DNA from: Tubiluchus corallicola
Taxonomy: Eukaryota > Animalia > Priapulida
DNA: 64,000 bases
NCBI GenBank assembly: GCA_030141605.1
Contig: JAQGDQ010000147.1
Span: forward strand, 62,001-126,000
Reading direction: 5' to 3'
The position numbers and the translations under genes are program-made. The notes under the pieces are model-generated. The model was not told the origin of the DNA, did no database searches, and saw only the letters and a program-made list of their open reading frames with translations. How positions within the stretch are numbered: position 1 is the first letter of the stretch; every line of letters begins with the position of its first letter. Of this stretch, positions 13,201 through 22,274 are shown piece by piece.

Positions 13201-14001
13201 TCTTGAAAAATGTCCCCATTTGTTGCACTTAAAGCACTGTTCATTTTTCGCGGGACACTTATTTTTGAAGTGGCTATATCCGCAAGATTCACACACAGTC
13301 TTAGAATTTGGATTAGCCCTAGCACCGTAATGTTTTTTCTTTATGCTAGCAAGAGAACAATCTCCGTGGTCATCTTCTTTACTTGCCGTAAAAGCCGCTA
13401 TACCACCAATGTCTGACATTGCATTTCCGATATAATTTGATGAATGGGCCATAGCCATTTCTGTAGATTTGGCAGTTTTTAACACTTTGTCCAAATCCAG
13501 CTCTTCACAGTCTACTAGTATCTTCTGCCTAATCTCATTTGAAGCCAATCCAGATATGAAGGCAGATAGGATGGCTTCGTTTTTGTACTGCTCTGCACTA
13601 ACCGCATCAAACGAACACTCCTTAGCTAATTCTCTCAGAGTCTGCACGAATTTATCAATAGAATCACTTGACTTCTGCTTACAAGTCATCAATGCATGCC
13701 TAGCATAATGAATATTCTTTGGCTTTAAATAAACTTTTTTTAACGTGTCAACAGCGTCCTTGTAACTCTTGCATTCCGAAAATACTTTAAAAACTGAAGC
13801 AGATACGTAGTTCGTTAACAGTTCAAATTTCCTTCTATCTACTTCTTCCGCCACGGCTGCTACTTCATCCTCTTCTGCTTGTTTAGCCACTGCCCTTCCT
13901 TGAAAATTTTCGAATGTTTTCAACCAGTGCTGAAATTCTTCGTCAGCTGAGCTAGAATTCGGGTCCACACTTAGCCTCTCAGGTCGAAGATATTTGTCCA
14001 T
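10291..14001 (-). CDS. Gag-Pol polyprotein, 1236 aa from the ATG at 14001
   Basis: Zn knuckles CESCGYSHFKNKC and CFKCNKWGHFSRKC; protease ALIDSGS; RT with LPFG and YLDN; RNase H VETDAS; integrase HHCC (LHEALCH...CPAC) and D,D(35)E (IDFKG, HSDRG, QCEK). No stops or frameshifts. The ORF-track ATG at 14037 lies inside the LTR. Confidence 0.96.
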   Translation of the reverse strand: MDKYLRPERLSVDPNSSSADEEFQHWLKTFENFQGRAVAKQAEEDEVAAVAEEVDRRKFELLTNYVSASVFKVFSECKSYKDAVDTLKKVYLKPKNIHYARHALMTCKQKSSDSIDKFVQTLRELAKECSFDAVSAEQYKNEAILSAFISGLASNEIRQKILVDCEELDLDKVLKTAKSTEMAMAHSSNYIGNAMSDIGGIAAFTASKEDDHGDCSLASIKKKHYGARANPNSKTVCESCGYSHFKNKCPAKNEQCFKCNKWGHFSRKCTEKTTASLVRKNKSDNYQSNWLTLATAHQQNGTPNSLTKATVKITIQQTELKALIDSGSSDSYINAEIVEQLGIPCDQTNDKVGMAVATSSFEVKSVCNVDMILQNRNYAVKLLVLRNLCADVILGHDFMSQHEKVTLHFGGGKEPLKVCGLMRAKISPAEPFQNLTDGIKPVATKSRRYDIEKTKFIELEVEKLLKDGRIEKSNSPWRAQVLVTTNENHRRRLVIDYSQTINRFTELDAYPAKRMSDLANTMAKYRFYSTVDLESAYHQIPLREQDRKYTAFEANGQLYQFTCLPFGITNGVSCFQRKMDEFIQDFGLKDTYAYLDNITLGGMTQQEHDENLQKLLEAAKRANLTLNEKKCVYSTETVKMLGYQISKGSIKPDPDRLKTLQDMPEPNSQKSLKRVLGLFAYYSQWISNFSAKIRPLNEANKFPLSSEAKHAFFQLKADIESAAIKDIEDDIPFVVETDASETAIAATLNQAGRPVAFYSRTLNRSERNHASVEKEAYAIVESLERWRHLLMGRHFTLVTDQRSVSFMFDQKQKSKVKNDKIQRWRVQLTGFSYDIRYRPGKNNEAPDALSRCATTFSDLNYLKTLHEALCHPGTTRLYHFVRTKNLPYTLDEIRKITFQCPACCKLKPRFMKPERATLIKAVRPMERLNIDFKGPLPSSTSNKYFLTVVDEYSRFPFAIPCADLSAQTVIQGLSQIFSLCGCAAYIHSDRGASFLSAEVREFLHSRGIATSRTTPYNPRGNGQCEKYNGIIWKSIQLALESKNLDIKAWEIVLPEALHAIRSLLCTSTNATPHELFFNFARRSASGGSVPSWLTSPGPVLLRRFVRTCKSDPLVDMVDLIEANPQYAHIRYRDGRESTVSIKDLAPCGKVDEGGRAVIDGENEEPQRKLVMEPVNSHNVVHTETVSNQDTLNTKMDGVFTSGKEEITEIAHDSEEIESVRRSSRANKGKMPARYCD

Positions 14002-14025
14002 CTTTTGTTTTAAATTGGAATAAAT

Positions 14026-14187
14026 TGTTATAACCATAAATAAAAGAGAAAATGATTGGAATTATGGCTTTATTCCAATTTAAAGAGCAGCGCCATTCCA
14101 GTTACAAGTTAAGGTGCACTGGTTAAAAGAACACCAAACCAAAGTGTTGTAACAGGCATAGATATTAATTAGTTACTCAACATAACA
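14026..14187 (-). repeat. 5' LTR, 162 bp
   Basis: Bounded by the inverted termini TGTTAT...ATAACA; contains AATAAA on the minus strand. Confidence 0.96.
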
Positions 14188-14199
14188 CAGATTAAAATC

Positions 14200-14800
14200 A
14201 TGCATTACTTACCTACACCCGCCATTAAAAGCTGCACGTGAATAACCGTGTTTACATCACTGATGCGCAATCGCTCTCGCGCAGTGACGTGTGTGGCCCT
14301 TAACCTGTATTTTTAGTTTCCTCGCATAATTTATGATTATTAGGGTTGGTTGCAGCTACGGGAGTTTGTATCGTATCGCGGGTGGGCCTGGAACGAAACA
14401 GTTATTTATCATTAATTTTATTTATTACTGTAGTATTATTACTATTAGATTATAAAAAAAGTAAAGGTTTTTTCTTTATTTCGTAAATGCGGTGAAGATG
14501 AAAGTGTGTCACGTGCCTTTTAAGTTAGGCCCTGATAATGCATAAACTAGTACGAAATTCGTCACGTGACTACACACACAAACAAGATGGCGATACGCCC
14601 TGTATAGGCGTAGAACTGTGAATACAGCGTAATTATTGGTAATTATACCTAAATATATTATTAAATTACAATTAGATTAGCGGAAACATTCACTGATGAC
14701 GTAAGAATAATAGAATGATGACTTACGAGCCTAAAAACGAGTAATAACCTATAAAAAGCTAGGCGGTGCGAAAGTGTAATAGCGCCAATATAGTCTGTAG
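14200..14800. promoter_or_regulatory. Probable bidirectional promoter upstream of the ABCA gene
   Basis: Locally CpG-rich; CACGTG at 14235-14240, TGACGT at 14285, palindrome GTCACGTGAC at 14561-14570, YY1-like AAGATGGCG at 14584-14592 (+) and AATGGCG at 14226-14220 (-) followed by a donor AG|GTAAGT. Confidence 0.55.
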
Positions 14801-16411
14801 TGTTATATTGCACAAGAATACATTGGCCAACGAAAGACATTGTTCAAAGACATTTATAAGTTACTATAGCGTGATGATACTACATGAATTGCTTAAAACT
14901 ACAGTTTTGCTACAGGTTTATATCTTTTCAATTTGATAGCCGTTTGTTTACAAGTGTGTCTGTCCTCATTGTAATTTGCCATTAGAAGTTCTTGAGTTAA
15001 CTTTAAGTTAATTTAACAAGATAAGTGGCTGATTTGCTGTACTAGGTATTTTTGCCACCCTTTCTCTACACTTTTTTGTCTGTGTACTTAATATTTATGA
15101 AGTGGAACCTAATAAACTAAATCCTGATCTGAATATGGGATATGCTGGTATTCTATTAAATGTATACTACCACTTCCTTTCTAAAAAATATGACAAGCTA
15201 GACAGATTTTTTAAAGAAAAATGCTAGAGCAAGAATTATATCTGAATTACAAATTAACTGTGTGCAAATCGGCAACTACGTGGTAATTACTAGTTACAAG
15301 ATGCTGCTGTACTGTGTCCGAAACAAAACAAGCTGCTGGAAAAAGCAGAGATTACTAGCTTTTTTCAGGTTTCCTGATAACTAATCACAATAAGTTATCG
15401 TAATTAATTCTTAAATAGTTTGTCGAAAGTTTTTTATATCCGATTTAAGTAAATATGGTCTGTAAACATTATTATGGGCAAGGTTGTCATGGTCAAAACG
15501 TACACAGTAGTTAATTTTAGCGACTGCTTGTGGGATTGCTCTTATGTAAGCACTAAACATGGCATCTTTCGTGGTTTACAAATAAGAAATTTGTCTTGCT
15601 GTTGCATGCAATAGAAAGCGGAAACCTTATACACACTTAAAAGTAATTCAGGAATATAAAGCAAAATTTAGCGTTAGGTGTATTGAATCTGCTTTTTGAA
15701 TAAAGTTTGCCAGTTAAGCATGTCCCGTTTTTTTATGTTTCCCAATCCCAATATTAGACAATCGGGAATTACCTATGATCGGGCCCGATTGCTGATGGTA
15801 TGATCGGGATCGGCCATCCCTGCTGATATAGTCAGACTTTATTGTGTATGTAGCACGGTAATAAAAAATTATATACCATTATGACCTTGACCAAAGAGAA
15901 TGTAAATTCAACTATTGGTAAATAATTTATGTAGGGATTAATTCACATGGTAATCAGTATTGTTAATTTTAAGAAAAACGTAGCAGGATGTCTAATATAA
16001 ATCAAGAGTTACACAACTATTACAAAAAACACAGTTTGACAAAGAATTTTTTATTTTATATTTCCATTGTCATAGTAACTAGTTGCTAGTTCTTATGTTG
16101 TGAAAGTTTTTAATAGGCCTACCGCCATTAATGACAAAAGAAAAAAGATTTACATTCATCTATCTCTGATCTGGTTGGTTTTTTACTTGTAATGCAGTCT
16201 TTTGTTTTTTTGCCATTACTAGCACTCTAGCAGTACATATGGGATGAGACGAAGATTAAATTTCTGAAGCCGAATCAAACTTGATGTCAGATGTTTTCAT
16301 TGTGGATATGCTTGATTCGCTACAAAAATCAGTAAGCAAATAAAACGTCACTAAAAAGTGTCTGCAAGATCAATTACACAAATTTACATGATTTGTAAAT
16401 CACACTATATA

Positions 16412-16433
16412 TGTGTGTGTGTGTGCGTGCGTG

Positions 16434-16526
<93 letters not shown>
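16412..16526. repeat. (GT)n microsatellite
   Basis: About 115 bp of TG/GT dinucleotide with a short GCGT interruption. Confidence 0.99.
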
Positions 16527-16528
<2 letters not shown>

Positions 16529-17150
16529 CATTTACTCCTTTGTGACTTTCTTTACTGTTTCCTTGTCTTTTAATTTTTAACTGCAATACTTTGCTGGCAA
16601 TTGAACGCACATTCCAACTTTTCTTTGTCTAACTGTATTTGACTTGCTTATATCCTGCACTTTTTGGCCAAATTTATTGACACGTATTGCTTGATTTTCA
16701 AAAAAAGCGTTCTATAGTATTCTCTTCTGTGTAACATTATGAACATTTAAGGTCATATAAGTTTTTAAAATTTGCTTTAAAATTAACCATATTAAACAGA
16801 TAGCCAATAATTCCCTTCATTTCCCACATTTGCAGTTATATATTTTTCATTTGATATGCTTGAAAGTGTAATTAGAAAACAAGTGCTTTGTTTGAAAATT
16901 TTCTTTGGTTGGGTCATTGCTAGAACAAATTTGATCTTAGTGGCACTTAACGTTACTTGCATGCCTCAATACAAAAAAAATGATTAGATATTGCATTTTT
17001 TGGCAGCAACTGTCACTACTATTTTTTTGTTTGTTTGTTGTAGGCTGTGCAATTTTTTCAACTGACATTGGATATGATCAGGTTTCCTGTTCAGCAAAGA
17101 ATGTGGATAACTGGTACTAAGCTGATAATAGAATTGTAAACTTTAGTGCA

Positions 17151-20100
17151 ATGGGTCAATCAAGTTTTTGGCAACAATTAAAAGCCTTGTTGCACAGAAA
17201 TTTGCTCATAAAATGGCGATCCAAAGGTCAAACAGCTCAAGAAATCTTAACGCCTTTGTATTTTGTCGTCATTCTGATCGTTGTTGGGACATTTTCTGTA
17301 ACTGATGAAGAAGAGAAAATTCCTTCTTTTCCACAAGTAGATATATACAGTTCATTTCACTTTTTTCCTGGATACACAAGTTTTTATGGGGCAACACCAA
17401 ACTCATCACATGTTGCTGATTTTATGTCTGCCACAATGGAGGAATTAGGAAATGCTTTCAACATGACACAGCCACCAGAATACATGTTGTTTGAAAATGA
17501 AGAACTAATGGAAAGTTTTTATGAAATAAATGGTAGCTCTATGTCGCTTGCAGTGGTGTTTGGTGACAATGACCCACTAAAAGACTTGTCATACACAATT
17601 AGGCTTCCTGAAAAGTATATGTCCTTAGCAATAAATCTAAACAGCATGTACGGTTATCAAGGAAACTGTAGAAGGGTCAGCCCACCATATCCTATTCCCT
17701 TGTGTCTCGAAAACTACTATATATTTTCTGGTTTCGCTGTATTTCAGTCAGTCATCGATACTACATTTTTAAAGTTGAAAACAGGTAGGCAGAATTTAAC
17801 ACAAAAACTATACATTCGTCAGATGCCAAAGAGTTCACTTGTTCCTAATTTGGTTCTTCTGCAAACTCTGTCTTCTATTTATTTGGTTGCAGCATTTTCA
17901 CCTTTCGTATCATTTTTGTTGGTACTGCTTGTTTACGAAAAAGAGAAAAAAATAAAGGAGACCATGCGGATGATGGGAATGAGGGATTCTGTTTTTTGGA
18001 TATCGTGGGGATTGATCTACACTGCCATGGTCACCATTATCTGTCTGATTGTTGAAATTTTGGCAAAATTTTTGGGTCTATTTCCCGGTAGCAATTTCTT
18101 ACTGATGTTTTTGCTCTTTCTCTTTTACTGTTTGTCAATAATTACTTTTGGTTTCATGCTTACTCCATTTTTTTCTAAATCAAATACTGCGGGTGCTGTA
18201 GGAAGCTTTGCAACGGTCCTATTTTCAATGCTTTATTTTCTAGTAAAATATGTGCCAAACTTGAGCAGTGGTGTCATATGGTTGTTACGCATTCTGTCTC
18301 CTGTTGCTCTCGCGCTTGCAGTTGATGACACAGTTTTGTATGAAACTACTGCGGGTGGTATTAGTTGGGATAACTTTACTGAGGGATACTTTGGTAGCAG
18401 TATGTTGATGCTAATCATAGATACTTTCTTATACCTGTTGTTAGCAGCGTATTTAGATAACGTTGTCCCTGGTGAATTTGGCAGTCGATACCCTTTGTAC
18501 TATTGTTTCATGCCTTCTTATTGGTGTCCACCTGATCCATCGAATAAGGAACATTATGGACTGTTACAGGAAGATAGATCTATACACTGCATGAGCGATG
18601 GGAATAATGCCAAGGACATGGAGCCTATTTCTCAGGAATTCATTGGCAAAGAGGCAGTTAAAATATACAACATTACTAAAGTTTTCAAAGGAGCCGATGA
18701 TGAAGATATAAAAGCTGTGGATGATTTTTCTATCATATTTTACGAAAGCCAAATTACTGCTTTGCTTGGCCACAATGGAGCAGGTAAGACAACTCTTATT
18801 AATATATTGACAGGCATGATTCCACCCACAAGAGGTAAAGCCACCATTAATGGTTTAAATGTGTCAGAACCTACTGAGTTGAATGTCATTCGTACAATGA
18901 CAGGCGTTTGTCCTCAACATGATATACTTTTTGATCAACTGACCTGCAAGGAACATTTAATTGTCACTGCAAAGCTGAAAGGTGTGATCGCTGATCGAAT
19001 AGAGCCAGATGTAAATGCAATGCTGGAAGAACTGGATTTAGACGAAAAGGCTACAACAATAGCAAAGAAACTTAGTGGTGGTCAGAAAAGAAAGTTATCT
19101 CTTGCTATAGCACTTATTGGTGATCCAAAGATTGTGTTTTTGGATGAACCGACAAGCGGTTTGGATCCTTATTCTCGTCGAACAGTTTGGTCTCTTCTTC
19201 GTGAACGCAAGAAAGGAAAAATGATTTTGCTTACTACTCATTTCATGGATGAAGCCGATATTTTAGCAGATCGTAAAGCTATTATGTCTCTGGGGCGGCT
19301 AAGATGTGTTGGTTCTTCACTATTTCTAAAAAACAGGTTTGGAATCGGGTATCACTTATACTTGGTTATTAATTCAGAATGCGTGCCAGATTATGTAACA
19401 GCTGTAGTTATGGTGCACGTACCTACTGCACAGGTTGCTCGAATTCATGGAATGGAATTGTCCTATATTCTACCTCTAAAAAATGCTAGCAGTTTCTCAA
19501 AAATGTTTGCTGAGCTAGATGAAAAAAAGACTGAGCTGGGAGTTTGTAGTTATGGTATATCTATGACGACCTTGGAAGAAGTGTTTCTTAAACTTGGTGA
19601 AGGAGCAGATGAAATTATGGGAACAGAGGTAGAAGTTGCACAACATTTAGTTAAAAGACAGGCAAGTATGATGGGTGTTACTGACGAGAAGCGCAGTTGT
19701 TCTACACAGCGCCAGGTAAGCTGTCAGGTTGCACAGACGGCTAATAATGCTGAGATACTGCAGGTGACAGCTGGGCCACTCAGTTGTGGTACTTTGGTGT
19801 CTGAAGTGGAACAACATTCTCTGCAAGTTTCTCGCTGGCAACAATTTAAAACACTTCTTAGAGTACGTTGGCTAAATATACTGCGCAGCCCCAAGGCAGT
19901 AGTATTTCGAGTTGTACTTCCGGTGATACTGGTAATCATAAGCATGGTGTTTTTAGCAACTTATAAACCTCCAGAAACTAAGCAACCTGTCTTAGTTTTC
20001 TCTCACAACATGTACCCAGGTCCCTTGTTGTACATAAATTCGACTACAGGTGAATCATTAGATGACTTGGTTAACATTATTAGTTCATTAAATATTACCC

Positions 20101-22274
20101 CATCACTACTGTCCTCATATGATGACATCCTCTCTTTGCCAGGAGCTCATTATCTGGCAATGGATATTCGCTCATTTATGAGAGATGGAGAGGCAGTGGA
20201 TTGGGTGGCAATATACAATGACACCGGCATACACACTGTGCCAGTCCTATTCAACTTATTTGCAACATCACGTTTGTATGCTCTTACAGGCAATGAATCA
20301 TCAGTTATAACAACAAAAATAAATACGTGGAAATCGAAGGAATCCGAATTTACTTGGGACACGAATACATTTATAGCTGTGATGTTTTTGGGAACTGCTC
20401 TTTCTGTGGTGCCAGCAGGTTTTTCAGCTGAAATAGTAAGAGACCGTCAGATAAAATGCAGCAGTCAATTAAGGGTGTCAGGCATAGAGTTTGCAGTTTA
20501 CTGGGGCACATTTTTTGTCTCTCATATTATTCAGTGCTTAATACCATTTGTCCTGTGCTTGGCTGTAGTTTTAATATTTGACTTAGAACTTTTTAGTTCT
20601 GCAGGAGCTGTGCTCAGTATGATACTGCTAATCATACTTTGTCTGCCAGTCATTACTTTCAGTTCATATGCACTGTCATTTGTGTTCAATAATTACCAAA
20701 CTGCAGAAGGCATTGTAGCTTCACTTAATTATATGGCCGCTTACATTCCTTATATGGCTGTTGTTATGCCTGATATGTTTGGTGCAGAAAATGTTGCTTC
20801 AGCACTCCATATTGTCTTCTGTGTTATTGATCCATACTATTTATTACTTGGAGGCTTATATTATATCAGCAAAGTTCATGCAGTTGGGTTGATTTCAAAT
20901 CAATCATCTACAGTATCTAGTTACTTTAGTTGGAGCTCAAATATACCAGTTACGATGTTGGTTGCTGTAATAGACTTGTTTGCATTGGCACTACTAGTAA
21001 GGATTCTAGCTGTATTCAAGACTGGAGGAGACATAAGAGATGCTCTCTTTCTTGGCGGTAAACTTGCTGGAAAAAACAGGTCGTTTCCATTGAGCAATGC
21101 AGATAAGATAGACGACGAGGACAGTGATGTAAAGGAAGAGAGAGATAAAGTGGAACAGTATAATACTCCAAGTGATCCTGACAGTAATGAAAGTCAAGTT
21201 CCAGTTGTCATGGTGAGGAATTTGAGGAAAGAATACAATGGAGGTGGGTGCTGCAATACAAAGAAAAATATAAAAGTGGCAGTAAGAAACTTAAGTCTGG
21301 CCATAGATAGAGGAGAAGTGTTCGGCTTACTTGGTCCAAATGGTGCAGGAAAAACATCAACTCTAAATGTTATTACTGCTGAGGAAAGTCCCACAACTGG
21401 CAATGTAATGGTAACTGGTTATGACGTTACTTCATGTCTATCCGATGCTTTTCAAGCAATGGGTTACTGTCCACAACATAACGCACTCTGGCCAGATATT
21501 ACAGTTAGAGAACATCTGGAGAGCTATGCATCGATTCGTGGGATGAGCCCAGCCAATGTAAAAAGTGTAGCTAGTTATTTTTTGGATGCACTCAGTATTT
21601 CTGAGCATGCTGACAAGAGAGCTAAACAAATTTCAGGAGGCACTAAAAGAAAATTGAGCTTTGCTATGAGCATGCTAGGTGAACCAAAGATAGTATTGCT
21701 TGATGAACCATCTAGTGGCATGGATCCACAAGCTAAGCGTTTTCTATGGGACACGATTAGTGCCAGCTTTGTTGGCCAACGTGGTGCAATCCTCACGACT
21801 CATTCAATGGAAGAGGCTGATGCTTTATGCAGTAGAGTTGGTATTATGGTTGGGGGAGCTCTGAGATGTCTTGGTTCAACACAACATCTAAAAAACAAAT
21901 TTGGGGGAGGGTACTTACTTGAAATTAGAGGTAATTGGTCTGGCACAACATCTGATAGCCAAGAAAAAATGGATGAATTGCATGCATATATTGTGGAATT
22001 ATTTCCCATGGCTACTCGCAGAGAACATTTTGCTGAAAGGGCGACATACCATGTGCCTCAGAGTGATGTGAAATCACTTTCAAATGTTTTTGCAAACTTA
22101 GAGCAAGGTAAGGAAAGAGGTATTGCACAGTATAGCTTCAGCCAGTCAACACTTGAACAGGTATTCTTACAATTTGCAAAAATTCAAGAAGAAGAAGATT
22201 TCGATGACAATTTCTCTGTGATCAAGGATGACCAGCCAAAACACGTTTTCAGGTCCCTGTCATTGAATGTATGA
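17151..22274 (+). CDS. ABCA5: ABC transporter subfamily A, ABCA5-like, 1707 aa, intronless CDS
   Basis: N-terminal FWQQLKALLHRNLLIKWR; two TMD-NBD halves; Walker A GHNGAGKT and GPNGAGKT, signatures LSGGQ and ISGGT, Walker B IVFLDE and VLLDE, LTTH H-loops, TLEEVF and STLEQVFL. ABCA is certain; ABCA5 orthology is inferred from length and motifs. Confidence 0.9.
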   Translation: MGQSSFWQQLKALLHRNLLIKWRSKGQTAQEILTPLYFVVILIVVGTFSVTDEEEKIPSFPQVDIYSSFHFFPGYTSFYGATPNSSHVADFMSATMEELGNAFNMTQPPEYMLFENEELMESFYEINGSSMSLAVVFGDNDPLKDLSYTIRLPEKYMSLAINLNSMYGYQGNCRRVSPPYPIPLCLENYYIFSGFAVFQSVIDTTFLKLKTGRQNLTQKLYIRQMPKSSLVPNLVLLQTLSSIYLVAAFSPFVSFLLVLLVYEKEKKIKETMRMMGMRDSVFWISWGLIYTAMVTIICLIVEILAKFLGLFPGSNFLLMFLLFLFYCLSIITFGFMLTPFFSKSNTAGAVGSFATVLFSMLYFLVKYVPNLSSGVIWLLRILSPVALALAVDDTVLYETTAGGISWDNFTEGYFGSSMLMLIIDTFLYLLLAAYLDNVVPGEFGSRYPLYYCFMPSYWCPPDPSNKEHYGLLQEDRSIHCMSDGNNAKDMEPISQEFIGKEAVKIYNITKVFKGADDEDIKAVDDFSIIFYESQITALLGHNGAGKTTLINILTGMIPPTRGKATINGLNVSEPTELNVIRTMTGVCPQHDILFDQLTCKEHLIVTAKLKGVIADRIEPDVNAMLEELDLDEKATTIAKKLSGGQKRKLSLAIALIGDPKIVFLDEPTSGLDPYSRRTVWSLLRERKKGKMILLTTHFMDEADILADRKAIMSLGRLRCVGSSLFLKNRFGIGYHLYLVINSECVPDYVTAVVMVHVPTAQVARIHGMELSYILPLKNASSFSKMFAELDEKKTELGVCSYGISMTTLEEVFLKLGEGADEIMGTEVEVAQHLVKRQASMMGVTDEKRSCSTQRQVSCQVAQTANNAEILQVTAGPLSCGTLVSEVEQHSLQVSRWQQFKTLLRVRWLNILRSPKAVVFRVVLPVILVIISMVFLATYKPPETKQPVLVFSHNMYPGPLLYINSTTGESLDDLVNIISSLNITPSLLSSYDDILSLPGAHYLAMDIRSFMRDGEAVDWVAIYNDTGIHTVPVLFNLFATSRLYALTGNESSVITTKINTWKSKESEFTWDTNTFIAVMFLGTALSVVPAGFSAEIVRDRQIKCSSQLRVSGIEFAVYWGTFFVSHIIQCLIPFVLCLAVVLIFDLELFSSAGAVLSMILLIILCLPVITFSSYALSFVFNNYQTAEGIVASLNYMAAYIPYMAVVMPDMFGAENVASALHIVFCVIDPYYLLLGGLYYISKVHAVGLISNQSSTVSSYFSWSSNIPVTMLVAVIDLFALALLVRILAVFKTGGDIRDALFLGGKLAGKNRSFPLSNADKIDDEDSDVKEERDKVEQYNTPSDPDSNESQVPVVMVRNLRKEYNGGGCCNTKKNIKVAVRNLSLAIDRGEVFGLLGPNGAGKTSTLNVITAEESPTTGNVMVTGYDVTSCLSDAFQAMGYCPQHNALWPDITVREHLESYASIRGMSPANVKSVASYFLDALSISEHADKRAKQISGGTKRKLSFAMSMLGEPKIVLLDEPSSGMDPQAKRFLWDTISASFVGQRGAILTTHSMEEADALCSRVGIMVGGALRCLGSTQHLKNKFGGGYLLEIRGNWSGTTSDSQEKMDELHAYIVELFPMATRREHFAERATYHVPQSDVKSLSNVFANLEQGKERGIAQYSFSQSTLEQVFLQFAKIQEEEDFDDNFSVIKDDQPKHVFRSLSLNV

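Larger units (their letters stand above)
9871..14187 (-). mobile_element. Full-length Ty3/Gypsy LTR retrotransposon (Mag-like double zinc-knuckle Gag), about 4.3 kb
   Basis: Direct repeats 9871-10030 and 14028-14187 identical by eye; PPT adjacent to the 3' LTR; single ORF with domain order Gag-PR-RT-RH-IN. Confidence 0.97.

Noticed and set aside
10589-13708. Plus-strand ORFs of 60-153 aa inside the Gypsy element
   Set aside because: Antisense shadows of pol with no recognisable domains.
14002-14037. N-terminal extension MVITIYSNLKQK of Gag
   Set aside because: That ATG lies in the LTR and the extension crosses the primer-site region; the ATG at 14001 fits Gag better.
16358-16610. ORFs with poly-CV and poly-HT
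   Set aside because: Translations of the (GT)n microsatellite.
18233-22009. Multiple minus-strand short ORFs within ABCA
   Set aside because: Antisense shadows of a long CDS.
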